DNA of 63,745 bases, counting the filler, from an uncultured Planctomycetaceae bacterium (GTDB lineage: Bacteria > Planctomycetota > Planctomycetia > Planctomycetales > Planctomycetaceae), in NCBI GenBank assembly GCA_963976765.1. It is 4 parts of 3 records of this genome, joined end to end, with 100 filler letters (N's around TTAATTAATTAA, not from the genome) between each part and the next. Parts side by side here need not be neighbours in the genome. Positions count along the whole stretch, not along the records: positions 9,561 to 19,735 come from CAXBME010000036.1; positions 19,836 to 51,179 come from CAXBME010000051.1; 2 more parts are not named here. The stretch is one strand, 5' to 3'. Shown in pieces: positions 10,165 through 21,543 of this stretch. Every line of letters starts with the position of its first letter. The first letter of the stretch is position 1. The notes under the pieces were generated by a model. The model was not told the origin of the DNA. It was given only the letters and a program-made list of their open reading frames with translations, and searched no databases. The translations under genes were made by a program, and so were the position numbers.

Positions 10165-10388
10165 AACAGCGGTCCTTGAAGAAACGTTTTTTAAGTAAGG
10201 TAGGCATCGCCCACCACTGCACCTGACGTGAGAATTTCCGTGTGGATAATGAGATTGGTTGTCAGTGCCGCACCCTGCGGCTCTCGCGTTCCACAACACG
10301 GATGCGCATTTAACAGAACCAATCGACCGCTTCAATTGCCGACGCACTCTCCCGCAAGGATTCTTACGATTGAGCGTCTCATCAGACG

Positions 10389-13300
10389 CTATTGGGAGCC
10401 GCTTGGGATTCGGTGCAGGGTGTAGTGCCCGGTGGCTGGCCACAGCGGTGTTTCGTTTTCCTTGAAACGGCAGTTGAGTTCGTAGACGTATCCCGTTTTC
10501 AGTTCGCTGGTATTCAGGCGGACGCTGGTGCCGTCGGCGGAGAGCGTTGCCGTTTCAACTTTTGGCTGGAAGCGGCCTGAATCATCGGTCGCGTAGCCGC
10601 CTTTCCATTCTCGGGTGTAGCCGCTAAGTGAGTAGTTTTCCGGATTCGTGGCGGCGGACCTGTCGACCGATTTCTGAAAGTGGATTTCAAATCCGTCAGG
10701 CGTTGCCAGGATTTCCTTAATTCCATTCGGCAGGTCGCCGGACGGTTTCAGCTTGACGATACTGCCCGTGTTCTGTCCGCCGAGCCAACCGCTGTCGTGA
10801 ATGCTGCCGATGTAGATGTCGCCGTTCGGCGCCGTCGTAACGCTCAGTGGGCCGAGGAAATTTGCATCGGCATCAGGGAAGTCGGGCTTCGACAGGTAGT
10901 ACGTTGCCCCTTGCAGAATTCCGTCGACTTCGTGATGCGTAAATCGGATGAGAAGTTTGCCATTGAATTCGCAGCCGATTCCGTGTCCGGCGATTCCGTT
11001 CTGCGGGTAGGAGTCGGAGAGGAATGTGATGCCGTTAATGCTGCGAGTCCACGGGTGCGGAATCTGAATCGCCGGCGGGTGCGCATCAACTTTCAGAGAT
11101 TGTTCGTGATTCTTAGGGACGCCGAAATGGAAGCCATCGCGCAGATGGTTCAGCTCGTTAAACGTGTTCTGTACGCCCTGATTGTCGGTCGCGAAGATTC
11201 TGCCCTTGCCGTCGATGGCGATTCCGGTCGGGTATCGGAATGCGTGAGCGAATGGTCGAGGTGTACCGTCGGGCGAAATCTGCAGGACTTTGCCTCGCCA
11301 GCGTGAAACCTCTTTCGGTCGATCAAGCTGTGCGTAGTCGCTGCCCAGTCCGACGTAGAAGTTACCTTTAGCATCTTTCGCGAAGCCGCAAGTCCAGTCG
11401 TGGTAGTTGTCGTTAAAACCCCAGCCGGATGAGAAGACTGCCCGTTCGTCAGCTCGGCCATCACCATCGGTGTCACGCAGTCGAAGGATCTCCGGCTTAT
11501 GAGCAACCAGCAGACTGTCTCCGTCCTGAATGATTCCGTACGGTGCGGAGAGTCCTTCTTCGAACATCGTCAGCGCGTCTTCCACTCCGTCGCCGTTGGT
11601 GTCTTTGGCGATGTAGACATGCCCTTCCAGTGACGTAAAAGCGAGCCGTCCGTCGTCAAGAACGGTCATCGCTGTCGGCATGATCTTTGTCGAAACCGGA
11701 AGCTGTACACCCTCGAAGCCGGGCATCGAGGTGATCCTGTGAGCGTTCGCTGGCGGCAGGGGCTTCAGCGTGACGCTGAGATTTGGATGGTTGAGTCGTG
11801 CGCTGTACGTGACTTCAAAATCTGATCGCCCCGAGCCGTTGGCAAGCCGCAGATTCAGCGGCAGCTTTACGTCGGGGGACTGAACTTTGGGAATCGGGAA
11901 GGCTTTGATACTTCCGCTGGCTTCGATGTTGACAGGGCTGCCGACCAGCGTTTGGGACGTCGAACTCTTGAAGACCAGGTCGTAGTCAGCAGGGATGTCA
12001 GTGGTCGAAATTCTCCTCATCCATCCGGAACGATCTTCTGGCTGAATCTTGAGTGGCGCCAGTGTTTCTTCGACCAGGATCTCCTTGATGGTACCTTCGA
12101 TTTCGAAGTGGAGTTTGAACTGAAGCTTCACGCCTTGCTCAACGGGGCTGTAACCGAGCAGGCGTCCGACGGTTCCATTTTCCATGCGAGGTGCAATTGC
12201 CTCTTCAAGAGCGTCGCCGTCGTCAACGCTCGACTTGACGAGCCAGAAATTCGAATCGACATTCAGTCCGGCAACGATGTCCGAGCCGGCCATGTCCCAG
12301 TACCAGCTCTTGCCGACCGTACGTTGCCTGGCGAAATCACCGAACGTCCAGCGTCGCAGCGTGAAATTCTGCAGGTCGAGCAGTGCGCTGTGTCCATTGT
12401 CGAATCCAATGGCAAAGGCCCGAGGAACATACCCGCCACCGTTTTCGTCGGGGTTCGTGAAGACGTCTCGAATGATCTGCGGGGGACTTCCTTTCTTCAC
12501 AACGATGTACTGCTCGACTGAGGCCGGGTCCGTTGGCGGTTCGAATCGTGGATCGGCGAGCGTTTTCCAGAGGGCTTCCAGTTGAACGTCAACATCGTCG
12601 CCGAGCACTCCATGAACAGCCTTGCTGTACGACGGCATTTCTACGCCCGGCACGATACGAAGCGGCGATCGTGTCCAGCGGACGAAGTACGAATGCCTCA
12701 TGCGGTTGCCGAGTCCAACGAGGTCTGAGCCTCGCGTTCCCATCGCGGCTTTCTTCGGAACGAAATCGCCGACCTGGTGGCACGCGATACAACTGAAACC
12801 TTTCGGTCCGACCAGTTCCTGTCCGACGAGTAGCGTCTGGTCGTCAACTTTCGAAGCGTCGTCGTTGATGTTCCAGGTCGGTGCTCCGTCGGGGATCCGG
12901 TCGCTGCTGATGAAGTGGTCAACGAGTGCCTTCCGATCGGCGTCGCTGTGTTTGAACTTTGGCATGCGGACCATTTTCCAGTCCATTCGCCGTTTCTGCT
13001 CACCGCTGATTGCCTTGGCGAGAGCTTCGTCGAGCAGTCGATCCCCGACCGCGTTCAGGTTCGGCGGAACCAGCGCCGGAGCTTGCCCTCGAAGTGCGGC
13101 GTCGCTTTGCGAGATGTCACCAGCCGTCGAAGCAAGTCCCTGTCGGAGTCCGCGAGGGTGGCACGCTGTGCAGTTTCGAGAGACCAGCAGGCGTTGCCCA
13201 CGCTGAGCGAGCGTCGATGTCGCGGCGTCTTTCGGGATCGAATTAAGAAACGCTGTGATGGCATTCGTATTGAGCTTTTCATAGGCCGGCTGAGATGGCT

Positions 13301-14654
13301 TGCCGGTCGATTTCGAGCTGTCACGAATGCAGGATCGACTCCAGTTCGGAGTTTTTCCGTCGGCTGATGTCAGGCCAGGCAGGTTTGGAACGAGCTCCGA
13401 TTTCTTCGTCGCAACAGTGTGGCAGGATCGGCATCCGAGATCGTGGATGAGTTGCTTTCCTTGTCGAACAATGTTGTCAGAAGCGGGTTTGGGTTTGATG
13501 CTGGGGACTGCTTTGCCGCTCGTGCCGAGCGAAGTCAGAGCCAGCGCGAGCTGGCGGCGCTCCTGACTGGAAAGATCGAACACCGGCATGCGGTGCGAGC
13601 GGTTAAGCGACTCGGGTTTTCGCAGCCACGTGTTGAACCATTCTGCCGATCGTTTGTTGCCGATATCGGCGAGGCTGCCGCCTCCGAAGAGCAATTCTTC
13701 TGCTTGAGTCTCGGCTGAGTCTGAAGCCGTTTCCGGTATTGTCGAGTGACAGGCGAGGCAGCCCAGCGAGTTAATCAGTGTCAGCCCGGCTTCCCGGTCG
13801 TTGTTATCGTTGCGGCCTTTGCCAGGTTTCGGCAGCGATTCCAGTTTTATTTTCTCGGAAGAGTCGACGAGAGCCGCTGCGATGGCGGTTGCGTGTTCGT
13901 CCGAAAGTTCAAAACGCGGCATCTTGCCTGGCACGTGGCCGGTGAGTTTTCTGACGATCCAATCGGTGGAAAGGCCCGTGACGCTTCGAGTGAGATCTGG
14001 CGCTGCCAGCCGCTCTGTTTCCGGCAGGACGTCTTTGTGGCAGGCTCCGCAGCGGAACGCTTCGAACTGGTTGCGGCCGAGTTCGATCAGGGCGAGATCG
14101 AGCCGGCCTTCTTCTCGAAAAAAGAGGTGGCCCGGCAAAGGCTCCAGCGGGAAAACGTCGGATGACCAGAAGAGTTGCAGCCGAGCCTCGTTCGCCGATT
14201 TTTCGAAAAGGACCGACAGTGGTTGAAAGCCGATGTCCGGTGTGAATTCTTCGCCAGACACCCAGCCTGGAGTTTTTGACTCCGCTTTCAGAACGACTTC
14301 GCCGTTGATTTTGACGCTGACTGCTCCTTGAACAAACGCGTGGATCTGGTGCCTGCCTTCCTGACGCACCAGCAGTTGGGATTTCCATTGAGCTTTGAAA
14401 ACTCCGTCGACTGCTCCGAGCCGCCGATCGGGCAGCGAAGTTCCCCAGTCAAATGAGATCGCTTCCTCGAGTCGTTCGACGGTTCGATTGTTGACCGAGT
14501 AGCTCGCAACGAGGCCTCTTGGCAGTTCGGCAGTCTCGTCGAATTGCCCGAACGAAGACGCATTGCTCAGCAGCAGGATTATCCCGCAGATACTCGCAAT
14601 GAAAATTCGAGTGTGGCTGGTCTGGTTACAGTCCGTCATGCCGGTCTCCATCAT
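10389..14654 (-). CDS. Exported multiheme c-type cytochrome with a PA14-like domain and a C-terminal beta-propeller (sugar-dehydrogenase-like)
   Basis: Signal peptide; five CxxCH motifs (CGACH, CLACH, CRSCH, CTACH, CIACH); DTNGDG/DTDGDG and ATDNQG propeller motifs. Confidence 0.85.
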   Translation of the reverse strand: MMETGMTDCNQTSHTRIFIASICGIILLLSNASSFGQFDETAELPRGLVASYSVNNRTVERLEEAISFDWGTSLPDRRLGAVDGVFKAQWKSQLLVRQEGRHQIHAFVQGAVSVKINGEVVLKAESKTPGWVSGEEFTPDIGFQPLSVLFEKSANEARLQLFWSSDVFPLEPLPGHLFFREEGRLDLALIELGRNQFEAFRCGACHKDVLPETERLAAPDLTRSVTGLSTDWIVRKLTGHVPGKMPRFELSDEHATAIAAALVDSSEKIKLESLPKPGKGRNDNNDREAGLTLINSLGCLACHSTIPETASDSAETQAEELLFGGGSLADIGNKRSAEWFNTWLRKPESLNRSHRMPVFDLSSQERRQLALALTSLGTSGKAVPSIKPKPASDNIVRQGKQLIHDLGCRSCHTVATKKSELVPNLPGLTSADGKTPNWSRSCIRDSSKSTGKPSQPAYEKLNTNAITAFLNSIPKDAATSTLAQRGQRLLVSRNCTACHPRGLRQGLASTAGDISQSDAALRGQAPALVPPNLNAVGDRLLDEALAKAISGEQKRRMDWKMVRMPKFKHSDADRKALVDHFISSDRIPDGAPTWNINDDASKVDDQTLLVGQELVGPKGFSCIACHQVGDFVPKKAAMGTRGSDLVGLGNRMRHSYFVRWTRSPLRIVPGVEMPSYSKAVHGVLGDDVDVQLEALWKTLADPRFEPPTDPASVEQYIVVKKGSPPQIIRDVFTNPDENGGGYVPRAFAIGFDNGHSALLDLQNFTLRRWTFGDFARQRTVGKSWYWDMAGSDIVAGLNVDSNFWLVKSSVDDGDALEEAIAPRMENGTVGRLLGYSPVEQGVKLQFKLHFEIEGTIKEILVEETLAPLKIQPEDRSGWMRRISTTDIPADYDLVFKSSTSQTLVGSPVNIEASGSIKAFPIPKVQSPDVKLPLNLRLANGSGRSDFEVTYSARLNHPNLSVTLKPLPPANAHRITSMPGFEGVQLPVSTKIMPTAMTVLDDGRLAFTSLEGHVYIAKDTNGDGVEDALTMFEEGLSAPYGIIQDGDSLLVAHKPEILRLRDTDGDGRADERAVFSSGWGFNDNYHDWTCGFAKDAKGNFYVGLGSDYAQLDRPKEVSRWRGKVLQISPDGTPRPFAHAFRYPTGIAIDGKGRIFATDNQGVQNTFNELNHLRDGFHFGVPKNHEQSLKVDAHPPAIQIPHPWTRSINGITFLSDSYPQNGIAGHGIGCEFNGKLLIRFTHHEVDGILQGATYYLSKPDFPDADANFLGPLSVTTAPNGDIYIGSIHDSGWLGGQNTGSIVKLKPSGDLPNGIKEILATPDGFEIHFQKSVDRSAATNPENYSLSGYTREWKGGYATDDSGRFQPKVETATLSADGTSVRLNTSELKTGYVYELNCRFKENETPLWPATGHYTLHRIPSGSQ

Positions 14655-14947
14655 GTGGTCACCGTTGGATGATAATTCAATGAAACGTTGGTTGAGGTGT
14701 TGATAACCGATCGTGTTCAGGCAGAAAACCCTCGACTGACATTGATGAAGGTTGTCGTCAAAGTTGGAGTCTGAGACGAGTTCTTGTCATCGGAAAAGTG
14801 ACAGTCGAACGGAGAACGTTTATTGTCTGCACCTCGAACGTGACTCGGTTCGGACCAATTCAAATGGGGCCTGCTTGCGAGACAGGCTGCTGATTGAGTT
14901 TTTCGTTCTTTGCGCCCTCGTCAGACAGACTTTGAAGGCCACATCTC

Positions 14948-16444
14948 ATGATCTGCATTTCTGTAACGCCGACGTCTCGGACGTTTGCGAAGGTAGACAT
15001 CCTGAACGCTGCTCGTCAGTGCGACGTTGTTGAGCTTTGTCTGGACCGGCTTGTTAAAGAGCCGGACGTTGGTGACCTGATATCTGGTTGCGATAAGCCG
15101 ATCATGGTTTCGTGCCGGCGCAAGCGGGACGGCGGACAGTTCGAAGGAACCGATGAGCAACGGCTCGCCATTCTTCGCCAGGCGATCGTCGCCTCACCCG
15201 CGTACATCGAACTTGATTACGACGCAGCTCAGAGCATTCCCCGGTTTGGTCAGACAAAGCGGGTCATCGCTTACACGAGTCTGAAGGAAGCCTATTCAAA
15301 AGAAGATATCGAGGAGATTTTCACCGAGGCCAAGCAGCTCAACGGCGACATCGTCAAATTCACGTGGCCAACGCCGACGCTCGAAGCTGCGTGGCCATTG
15401 CTGGCTGCGGTCGCGAAGAAACGTGAGATGCCGGCGGTCGGCCTGGGGTTGGGGAAGGCGGGCGTGACGTTTTCGCTGCTCGGCAGAAAGTACGGTTCAC
15501 CGTGGATTTACGCGGCTCTCGAAAAAGGTATGGAAGCGTTTGATGAGCAAACGACGCTGCTGGAACTCGACGAAATCTACGGCTGGCGCGAGATCGACAA
15601 GGCCACCATGTTTATTGGTGTGGTCGGAATGGGCGGCTCGGAAATTGTCACGACGCAATGCTTCAACAGTGTCTTTCGGCGGCTGAAGCTGAATGCTCGA
15701 AGTCTGCCGCTGATGAGCCGTGAGTTTGGGCGACTGAAGTCGATGCTCGACTCGTTGAAGATCAACGCGATCGTGACCAGTCGTCACATCGGCGATCAGA
15801 TGGTGGCTCTGGCCGACGAACTGGAAGAGTCCGCCAGAATCAGTCAGTACTCGGACCTGCTGCTGCACAAGAAGGATGGCTGGCAGGCCTGGAACGCTGG
15901 TTGGAGAAGCGCCGTCAAGATGATCGAGCAGACGGTTTCCGGTTCAGGCAACGACAAACGACCGCTCGACAAGCAGAACGTTCTGGTGGTTGGCTCTGGA
16001 AGCTTTGCCCGCTCGATGGTTTACGGAATCGGCAAACGCAAAGGTCTCGTCAGCGTGACCGCTCCGGATGACAAAGAAGCTCAGAATGTTGCGACGCAGT
16101 TCGATGTCCGATTCGTACCGTTTCAGCATCTGTACAACACGCTGGCCGATGTCATCGTGTTTGCCGAGCCGGGGCTTCCGGTCGGATCCAGCAAGACGGA
16201 ATTCAACCCATCGTACCTCGCTCCTCGCATGACAGTCTGCGACGCGACCGAAATGCCGTTCGACAGCGTTTTCACCGCCGAAGCCCGCAGTCGTGGGGCA
16301 AAAGTCGTCGAACCCAAGCTGATCTACGCCGACCTTCTGTCTGCCCAGATTAAGTCCATTACTGGTAATGACGTTTCCGCCAGCGACTTCACCGAAATCA
16401 TCGACGCGGCAATCGAGGCTCGACGTGCCGAAGCCGAACTTTGA
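14948..16444 (+). CDS. Type I 3-dehydroquinate dehydratase / shikimate dehydrogenase-like fusion (degenerate active sites)
   Basis: MICISV...ELCLD...CRRKRDGG...DIVKF N-terminal domain; C-terminal Rossmann VLVVGSGSFAR; bifunctional AroDE layout. Confidence 0.8.
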   Translation: MICISVTPTSRTFAKVDILNAARQCDVVELCLDRLVKEPDVGDLISGCDKPIMVSCRRKRDGGQFEGTDEQRLAILRQAIVASPAYIELDYDAAQSIPRFGQTKRVIAYTSLKEAYSKEDIEEIFTEAKQLNGDIVKFTWPTPTLEAAWPLLAAVAKKREMPAVGLGLGKAGVTFSLLGRKYGSPWIYAALEKGMEAFDEQTTLLELDEIYGWREIDKATMFIGVVGMGGSEIVTTQCFNSVFRRLKLNARSLPLMSREFGRLKSMLDSLKINAIVTSRHIGDQMVALADELEESARISQYSDLLLHKKDGWQAWNAGWRSAVKMIEQTVSGSGNDKRPLDKQNVLVVGSGSFARSMVYGIGKRKGLVSVTAPDDKEAQNVATQFDVRFVPFQHLYNTLADVIVFAEPGLPVGSSKTEFNPSYLAPRMTVCDATEMPFDSVFTAEARSRGAKVVEPKLIYADLLSAQIKSITGNDVSASDFTEIIDAAIEARRAEAEL

Positions 16445-16482
16445 ATCAAAGGAATGGAACGGGAGTGTAAATTGGATAACTG

Positions 16483-16902
16483 ATGCGTGGCACGTTTCCT
16501 GACATGCTTCTTGCGGTGCTGTTGATCGTTCTGACGATTGCGGCCACTTTGGTCATGGGCATGACTTCAATGCGATTTCTTCCTTGCTGTGGCGATTTCA
16601 TCGCGCTGACTGGGGTGACCTCGGTGACTACCGTTTGTGTCTCGCGGTTGTTTTCGGAGTCATTAGGTTGTGCCTTCTTCTGGGCGACCGTAATGCCTTC
16701 GGTTGCGTGTGGTGTCACTTCTGGTCTGTACGTTCTGTATGTTCCTGTTCCCTCGGACATCATTCTGTCATTACCCAATGATTTATCGACCGCGGTTCTG
16801 GATGGAATTCTGGCGGCGATCCTGACACTGCCGGTAGGTTTTGTATTTGCAGGCTGCTGCGTTGGATTTCTGAAATTTCGCTCGCGCGTCTCACCCTCAT
16901 AA
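16483..16902 (+). CDS. Hypothetical membrane protein (about four TM helices)
   Basis: 139-aa hydrophobic ORF filling the gap between convergent genes. Confidence 0.6.
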   Translation: MRGTFPDMLLAVLLIVLTIAATLVMGMTSMRFLPCCGDFIALTGVTSVTTVCVSRLFSESLGCAFFWATVMPSVACGVTSGLYVLYVPVPSDIILSLPNDLSTAVLDGILAAILTLPVGFVFAGCCVGFLKFRSRVSPS

Positions 16903-16981
16903 CAAATAGTGATTCAGATACAGGTTCGACTCTCATTGACCGTCTTTCTGCAAACACCTGTGCGACCGGTGGGAATCGGGC

Positions 16982-18103
16982 CTACACTTGGCTCCAGTGG
17001 TTGTTTTCGATCATTTGCCGGACGACTTCCTGTTTTGATCTGGTCTGCTTGAAGATGTCGAGTTGCTGCTGAGCGCCTGTCGCGGTGGGGATGTTGACGA
17101 CGGAGCGCAACTCGTCGAGGCAGTCGAGTTTGACGGCGTGCGCTTCCAGTCGTGTGACGAGGTTCGCCACGGTTTCGGCGAGTGATGCCTGCTCGTAAGA
17201 CTGCCCGAGCACCAGGCGGGCGTCAGCTCCGAAGCGGGTGGCTCGCCACTTATTTTGTTGGACCATCATCGGGTGATAGTCGAGCTGGTAGGTGCCTTGC
17301 TCGACCTCGTCAGAGATCGCGACGACCAGACACTGGATCAGAGCGGCGATGCCTTCGACCTGTTTCAGGTTTGGCGGCATGTCGCAGATGCGGACTTCGA
17401 CCGTTCCAAAGTTGTGATGCGGGCGGATGTCCCACCAGATTTCGCGGATCGAGTTCATGAATCCTGTCTCGATCAGGTGATTCACGATCCAGACGTACTC
17501 GCTCCAGTTTCGCATGACATGCGGCAACCCGGCCGTCGGCAGTCCTTCCATGATTTTCGACCGGTTGGAATGCAGGCCGGTGTTGCGGCCTTCCCAGAAG
17601 GGCGAATTCGACGACAACGCAAGCAGCAGGGGCAGGTATCGAAGCATGCGATCACAGACGTTGATCGCTTTGTCTCCCGTGTCGACTCCGACATGAACGT
17701 GCAGCCCGAACGTCACCAGTCGCCGAGCAACATCCTGCATCAGATCGACGAGTCGGTAGTAGCGGTCGTTGTTGGTGACCTTCTGATCCCGCCACGAAGA
17801 AAACGGATGAGTTGCCGCCCACAGGAGTTTGATTCCCATTTCGTCGAGGACGTTTTCGATGGCTTCGAGTTTGCTGTGCAGGTCGTTGCTCGCGTCGGCG
17901 ACGGTGTTGCAGACGCCGGTGTTGATCTCGATATAGCTCTGCATCAGCTCAGGCTTGACGACGTCACGCAGTTCTTCGGGCAGAGCCGCCAGCACGTCTT
18001 CAATTCGATTGGTCAGAGCAAACGATTCCGCATCGATAAGTTGAAGTTCCAGCTCCACCCCGATCGTGGGAAATTCGTTTCGTGCAAAGACAAGAGCTGA
18101 CAT
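16982..18103 (-). CDS. ybdK: YbdK-family carboxylate-amine (glutamate-cysteine ligase 2) ligase
   Basis: TIGVELELQL, FGLHVHVG, LLALSSNSPFW, WWDIRP...GTVEVRICD, NKWRATRFG. Confidence 0.92.
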   Translation of the reverse strand: MSALVFARNEFPTIGVELELQLIDAESFALTNRIEDVLAALPEELRDVVKPELMQSYIEINTGVCNTVADASNDLHSKLEAIENVLDEMGIKLLWAATHPFSSWRDQKVTNNDRYYRLVDLMQDVARRLVTFGLHVHVGVDTGDKAINVCDRMLRYLPLLLALSSNSPFWEGRNTGLHSNRSKIMEGLPTAGLPHVMRNWSEYVWIVNHLIETGFMNSIREIWWDIRPHHNFGTVEVRICDMPPNLKQVEGIAALIQCLVVAISDEVEQGTYQLDYHPMMVQQNKWRATRFGADARLVLGQSYEQASLAETVANLVTRLEAHAVKLDCLDELRSVVNIPTATGAQQQLDIFKQTRSKQEVVRQMIENNHWSQV

Positions 18104-18489
18104 AAAGTTGCCCCCCAGGTGTTGCGGGTTTTGAGTCGCACGATGGAGATCGTCACGCAGCATGCTGGAAGCTGAAATGACAGTTGCATGGTCGCGTGAC
18201 GTTACTCAGCAGTGATCTGCGGGACAAGCGGCTCTCTCGCACCGGAGTCCAGCTGGACCATTTCCTGGACGTCTTGAAACTGATTGTGCGTCGGCAACGC
18301 GAGCCTCAGGCTGACGAAATTCGAAACGGAACTGAGGTTCTGCCTGTCTCGGATTTGTCGCGCAACGCGCCGCTGGCCGGAGTCGCCAGGTCACTATAGG
18401 CTCGGTTTTACGGTTCATACGATCGCTCTTGCATGTCGAAAGTCCTACCATCATTGGCCTGCTGACACAAAACTTCTTCAGGAGCCTCG

Positions 18490-19497
18490 ATGATGAAATT
18501 CAGTCTGGTTTGTCTTGCTGTCACTGCTTCAAGCGTCTGTCTGTTCCCGGTTGATGCGGCAGAGTTGGCAAAGCCCGTTCGGATGGGCAGTGGGACGATG
18601 ACCTTCGACACCGTGCCTGGCTGGGGGCTCGGTGATGACGGAAAGTCGATTCTTGGTGCGACGCATGGTGGAGTGGTGATCGACAAAGCGGGGAACATTT
18701 ACACGAGTGCCAACATTGGTGTCTTTGTGTTTTCGCCAGACGGCAAATTGGTTCGCCGATTCGTTGGCCCCGAATACTCGAATATCCATGATCTCGAGAT
18801 TCGTGCGGAAGGCGCCGACGAGTTCCTCTATGGAGCCCGCAACGTTGCTGGAGAAGGGATTAAGTTTCACGCGGAGACTGGCGACATCGTTCTAAAGTTA
18901 CCGTTTCCTGAAGATTCTGGTCTTGATCTGAAAAAGTTTGCTCCAACAGCGATCACCGTCGCGCCAAACGGAGACATCATTCTGTCAGACGGCTACGCCA
19001 GTAATCACATTTTCAAGTTCGACAGGACCGGCAAATATCTCAGCCACTTCGGAGAGAAGGGTAATGGGATGAAGCAGTTCAACACGGCTCACGGCATGAC
19101 GCTGGATACTCGTTACGAGCCGCCTCGACTTCTGATCTGTGACCGCAATCACCAGCCGAACGGACGCCTGCTGCACTACGATCTGGAAGGAAACTTCATT
19201 GGGGAAGTTGTGACTGGCCTGCTGATGCCAACCTCGGTGGCCGTACAGGGAGATTACGTTTCGGTGCCCGATTTACAGGGGCGTGTCTGGATTCTCGACA
19301 AAGCGAATACGATCGTCGCCGTACTTGGCTACAACTCGAATCTCAAAACCCGCGGCGCTCACGGCGTCAAACAGGAAAGCTGGATTGAGGGCGTCTTCAG
19401 CGGCACTCACGGTTCATACTGGGACAAAGACGGAAACCTCTACGTTCAGGATTGGAACGTGTCCGGTCGTCTCATGAAGCTCGTACGTGTGAAATAG
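18490..19497 (+). CDS. Secreted NHL-repeat six-bladed beta-propeller protein
   Basis: Signal peptide; repeated P/HG-x-x-x-D blades (SDGY, FNTAHG, CDR, HGSYWDKDGNLYV). Confidence 0.88.
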   Translation: MMKFSLVCLAVTASSVCLFPVDAAELAKPVRMGSGTMTFDTVPGWGLGDDGKSILGATHGGVVIDKAGNIYTSANIGVFVFSPDGKLVRRFVGPEYSNIHDLEIRAEGADEFLYGARNVAGEGIKFHAETGDIVLKLPFPEDSGLDLKKFAPTAITVAPNGDIILSDGYASNHIFKFDRTGKYLSHFGEKGNGMKQFNTAHGMTLDTRYEPPRLLICDRNHQPNGRLLHYDLEGNFIGEVVTGLLMPTSVAVQGDYVSVPDLQGRVWILDKANTIVAVLGYNSNLKTRGAHGVKQESWIEGVFSGTHGSYWDKDGNLYVQDWNVSGRLMKLVRVK

Positions 19498-19691
19498 ACG
19501 CCCTTCAATGTGGCGTGTTTGACTTTTTCAGAAGCCTGCCAGAACTCGAATTTCAATGGCAGACTTCTGAATTGTCATGGCTCTCTCGAAAAACATATCG
19601 AGCAAAAACGCAAGAAGTCCATGTAAATGGCGGGTTTCGACCGGCTTTTTAAGCACCGTCAAATTTCTACGGGAACTCTCGGCTGAGTTAG

Positions 19692-19735
19692 TTGACCTTC
19701 TTGTTTGGCGTGGATAGTATCCCGCCTCGCCGGAC
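19692..19735 (+). promoter_or_regulatory. sigma70-type promoter with a GC-rich discriminator at the contig end (stable-RNA-like)
   Basis: TTGACC-N17-TAGTAT followed by CCCGCCTCGCC; the transcribed unit lies in the gap. Confidence 0.6.
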
Positions 19736-19835
19736 NNNNNNNNNNNNNNNNNNNNNNNNNNNNNNNNNNNNNNNNNNNNTTAATTAATTAANNNNNNNNN
19801 NNNNNNNNNNNNNNNNNNNNNNNNNNNNNNNNNNN
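19736..19835. other. Artificial contig linker
   Basis: 44 N + TTAATTAATTAA + 44 N. Confidence 0.98.
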
Positions 19836-19938
19836 CTATCAACCCGCCGTCACCGGAACTTTCTACACGGCGTGGGACAATATCTTGAGTTCTCCACAGG
19901 TCAGGCTCCGCCTGACGCAGTCGCTGAGCAATGGCGTT

Positions 19939-21474
19939 TCACGCGGCCGCCGCTGTCTTTAGGTCGTGACTCTTTCCATCGAACGACAGAATCGTCGGCT
20001 TATCATCGAAGATTGTTTCGATGTGAACCGGACGGCCCCACAGCTTGCACAGACTCGTCAGAGTGTCGCGGGCCTCGGCCAGCTTCAGAGGCATTCCCTG
20101 GTACTGATGAGTGAGAAACAGCTCACCGCGATTCCTGTAGTTTCCGTCCACGACTCGGATCACTGGCCGACCATGATTCGTCAGGCTGTCGAGCAGTTGC
20201 TGCTTGATTTTGTAGAACTCGCGTGAGGCGATTTCGTAATGGTCGTTCGCTTCGTTGTAGGCGAACATGAACATCTTGTTCTTCTGACAGAACTCGGGCG
20301 TCAGGAACGTATCGATAAATGTGACGTCGTTGTGGATCCTGCGGACTTCAAAAATCTTCTCGCGTCCCAGACCCGTGTGCCTGTTCCAACGCTCCTTTTC
20401 CCGCATGTCATCACACGAGTCCCACTCCGGTCCGAACTGACCCTTGTTCCAGCGTTCTTCGATGTCGCGGAACAGTTCGATACCGATCTTGTACGGGTTG
20501 AGCCTTTGCGGGCTCATCGCCATCGTGCCGCTGTGGTGGTCGGCGTAACAGATAATTTCCGAGTCGTTCAGACCGTACGTTGTCATGATGGTCGAGTGCC
20601 AATAGCTGGCCCAGCCCTCGTTCATGATCTTGGTCTGGCCCTGCGGCGCGAAGTAGTAGGCTTCGTCGCGGATGATCGACAGGATGTCATGCTGCCACGG
20701 TGCGAGCTGTGCGTGCTGTAGAAGAAAAAGCAGTACGTCCCGCTCCGGCCGATCAGGGAAGGATCGTGCAGCTTCTCGCTCCTGCTGCTCCTTTCGCCTG
20801 GCGTCGGCCTGCCTCTGGAGCACTTCCGGCGGATTGATAAATTGATCCATGTAGCCTTTCGATGGAAATCGTCCTCCTTTCCGTTCGTCTTCTTTTTCTT
20901 CTTTCTTTGATTCGAAGTTGCTTTCGACCGGGCTCGGCTCATCGTGCCGCTTGACGTGTGGCAGGTGTGGGTCGATCAGGTCTTCCAGCGACAGGCACGC
21001 GTCAATAAATTCTTCAACCGGCTCGTGTCCGTACCGATCGATATAGCGATTGATCCGTGACGCATGATTCGCCATCTGATCGAGCATCTTGCGATTTGTC
21101 GGCGCAAACCACGCGTTGTTTTTGAAAAAGTCGCAGTGTCCGTAAACGTGGGCGATGACAAGTTTCTGATCGCCGATTTCGTTGGTGTTAAGCAGGTAGG
21201 CGTAGCAGGGGTCGGTGTTGATGACCATTTCGTAGATCTTCTGCAGACCGTACGAGTACCCCTTCATCAATTCGTCGTACTGAGCACCGAATCGCCAGTG
21301 AGGATACCGAATGGGAAAGCCGGTATACGCTGCGAACATGCTCAGCTCTTCGTAGTCGACGTATTCGAAGATCGTCTCGAAGAAGTCCAGACCTTCGTGC
21401 CTCGCACGTTGCTCCATATCTTTCTGGATCTTTGCGATGTGTCCAGGAAGCGGCCGATTGATGCTGATTGCCAT
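19939..21474 (-). CDS. spoVR: SpoVR/YcgB family protein
   Basis: GFPIRYPHWRFG, YEMVINTDPCYAYL, AHVYGHCDFFKNN, TKIMNEGWASYWH, NPYKIG. Confidence 0.95.
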   Translation of the reverse strand: MAISINRPLPGHIAKIQKDMEQRARHEGLDFFETIFEYVDYEELSMFAAYTGFPIRYPHWRFGAQYDELMKGYSYGLQKIYEMVINTDPCYAYLLNTNEIGDQKLVIAHVYGHCDFFKNNAWFAPTNRKMLDQMANHASRINRYIDRYGHEPVEEFIDACLSLEDLIDPHLPHVKRHDEPSPVESNFESKKEEKEDERKGGRFPSKGYMDQFINPPEVLQRQADARRKEQQEREAARSFPDRPERDVLLFLLQHAQLAPWQHDILSIIRDEAYYFAPQGQTKIMNEGWASYWHSTIMTTYGLNDSEIICYADHHSGTMAMSPQRLNPYKIGIELFRDIEERWNKGQFGPEWDSCDDMREKERWNRHTGLGREKIFEVRRIHNDVTFIDTFLTPEFCQKNKMFMFAYNEANDHYEIASREFYKIKQQLLDSLTNHGRPVIRVVDGNYRNRGELFLTHQYQGMPLKLAEARDTLTSLCKLWGRPVHIETIFDDKPTILSFDGKSHDLKTAAAA

Positions 21475-21543
21475 AAAAGTCCCCTTCGGGGTGAACAGGG
21501 AATAGCAGGTTTGCTCTGTTCTCTGTTTCCAGGTCGCTGTTCG

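Noticed and set aside
16923..16933. GGTTCGACTC, resembling a tRNA T-loop
   Set aside because: No T-stem, acceptor stem or cloverleaf around it
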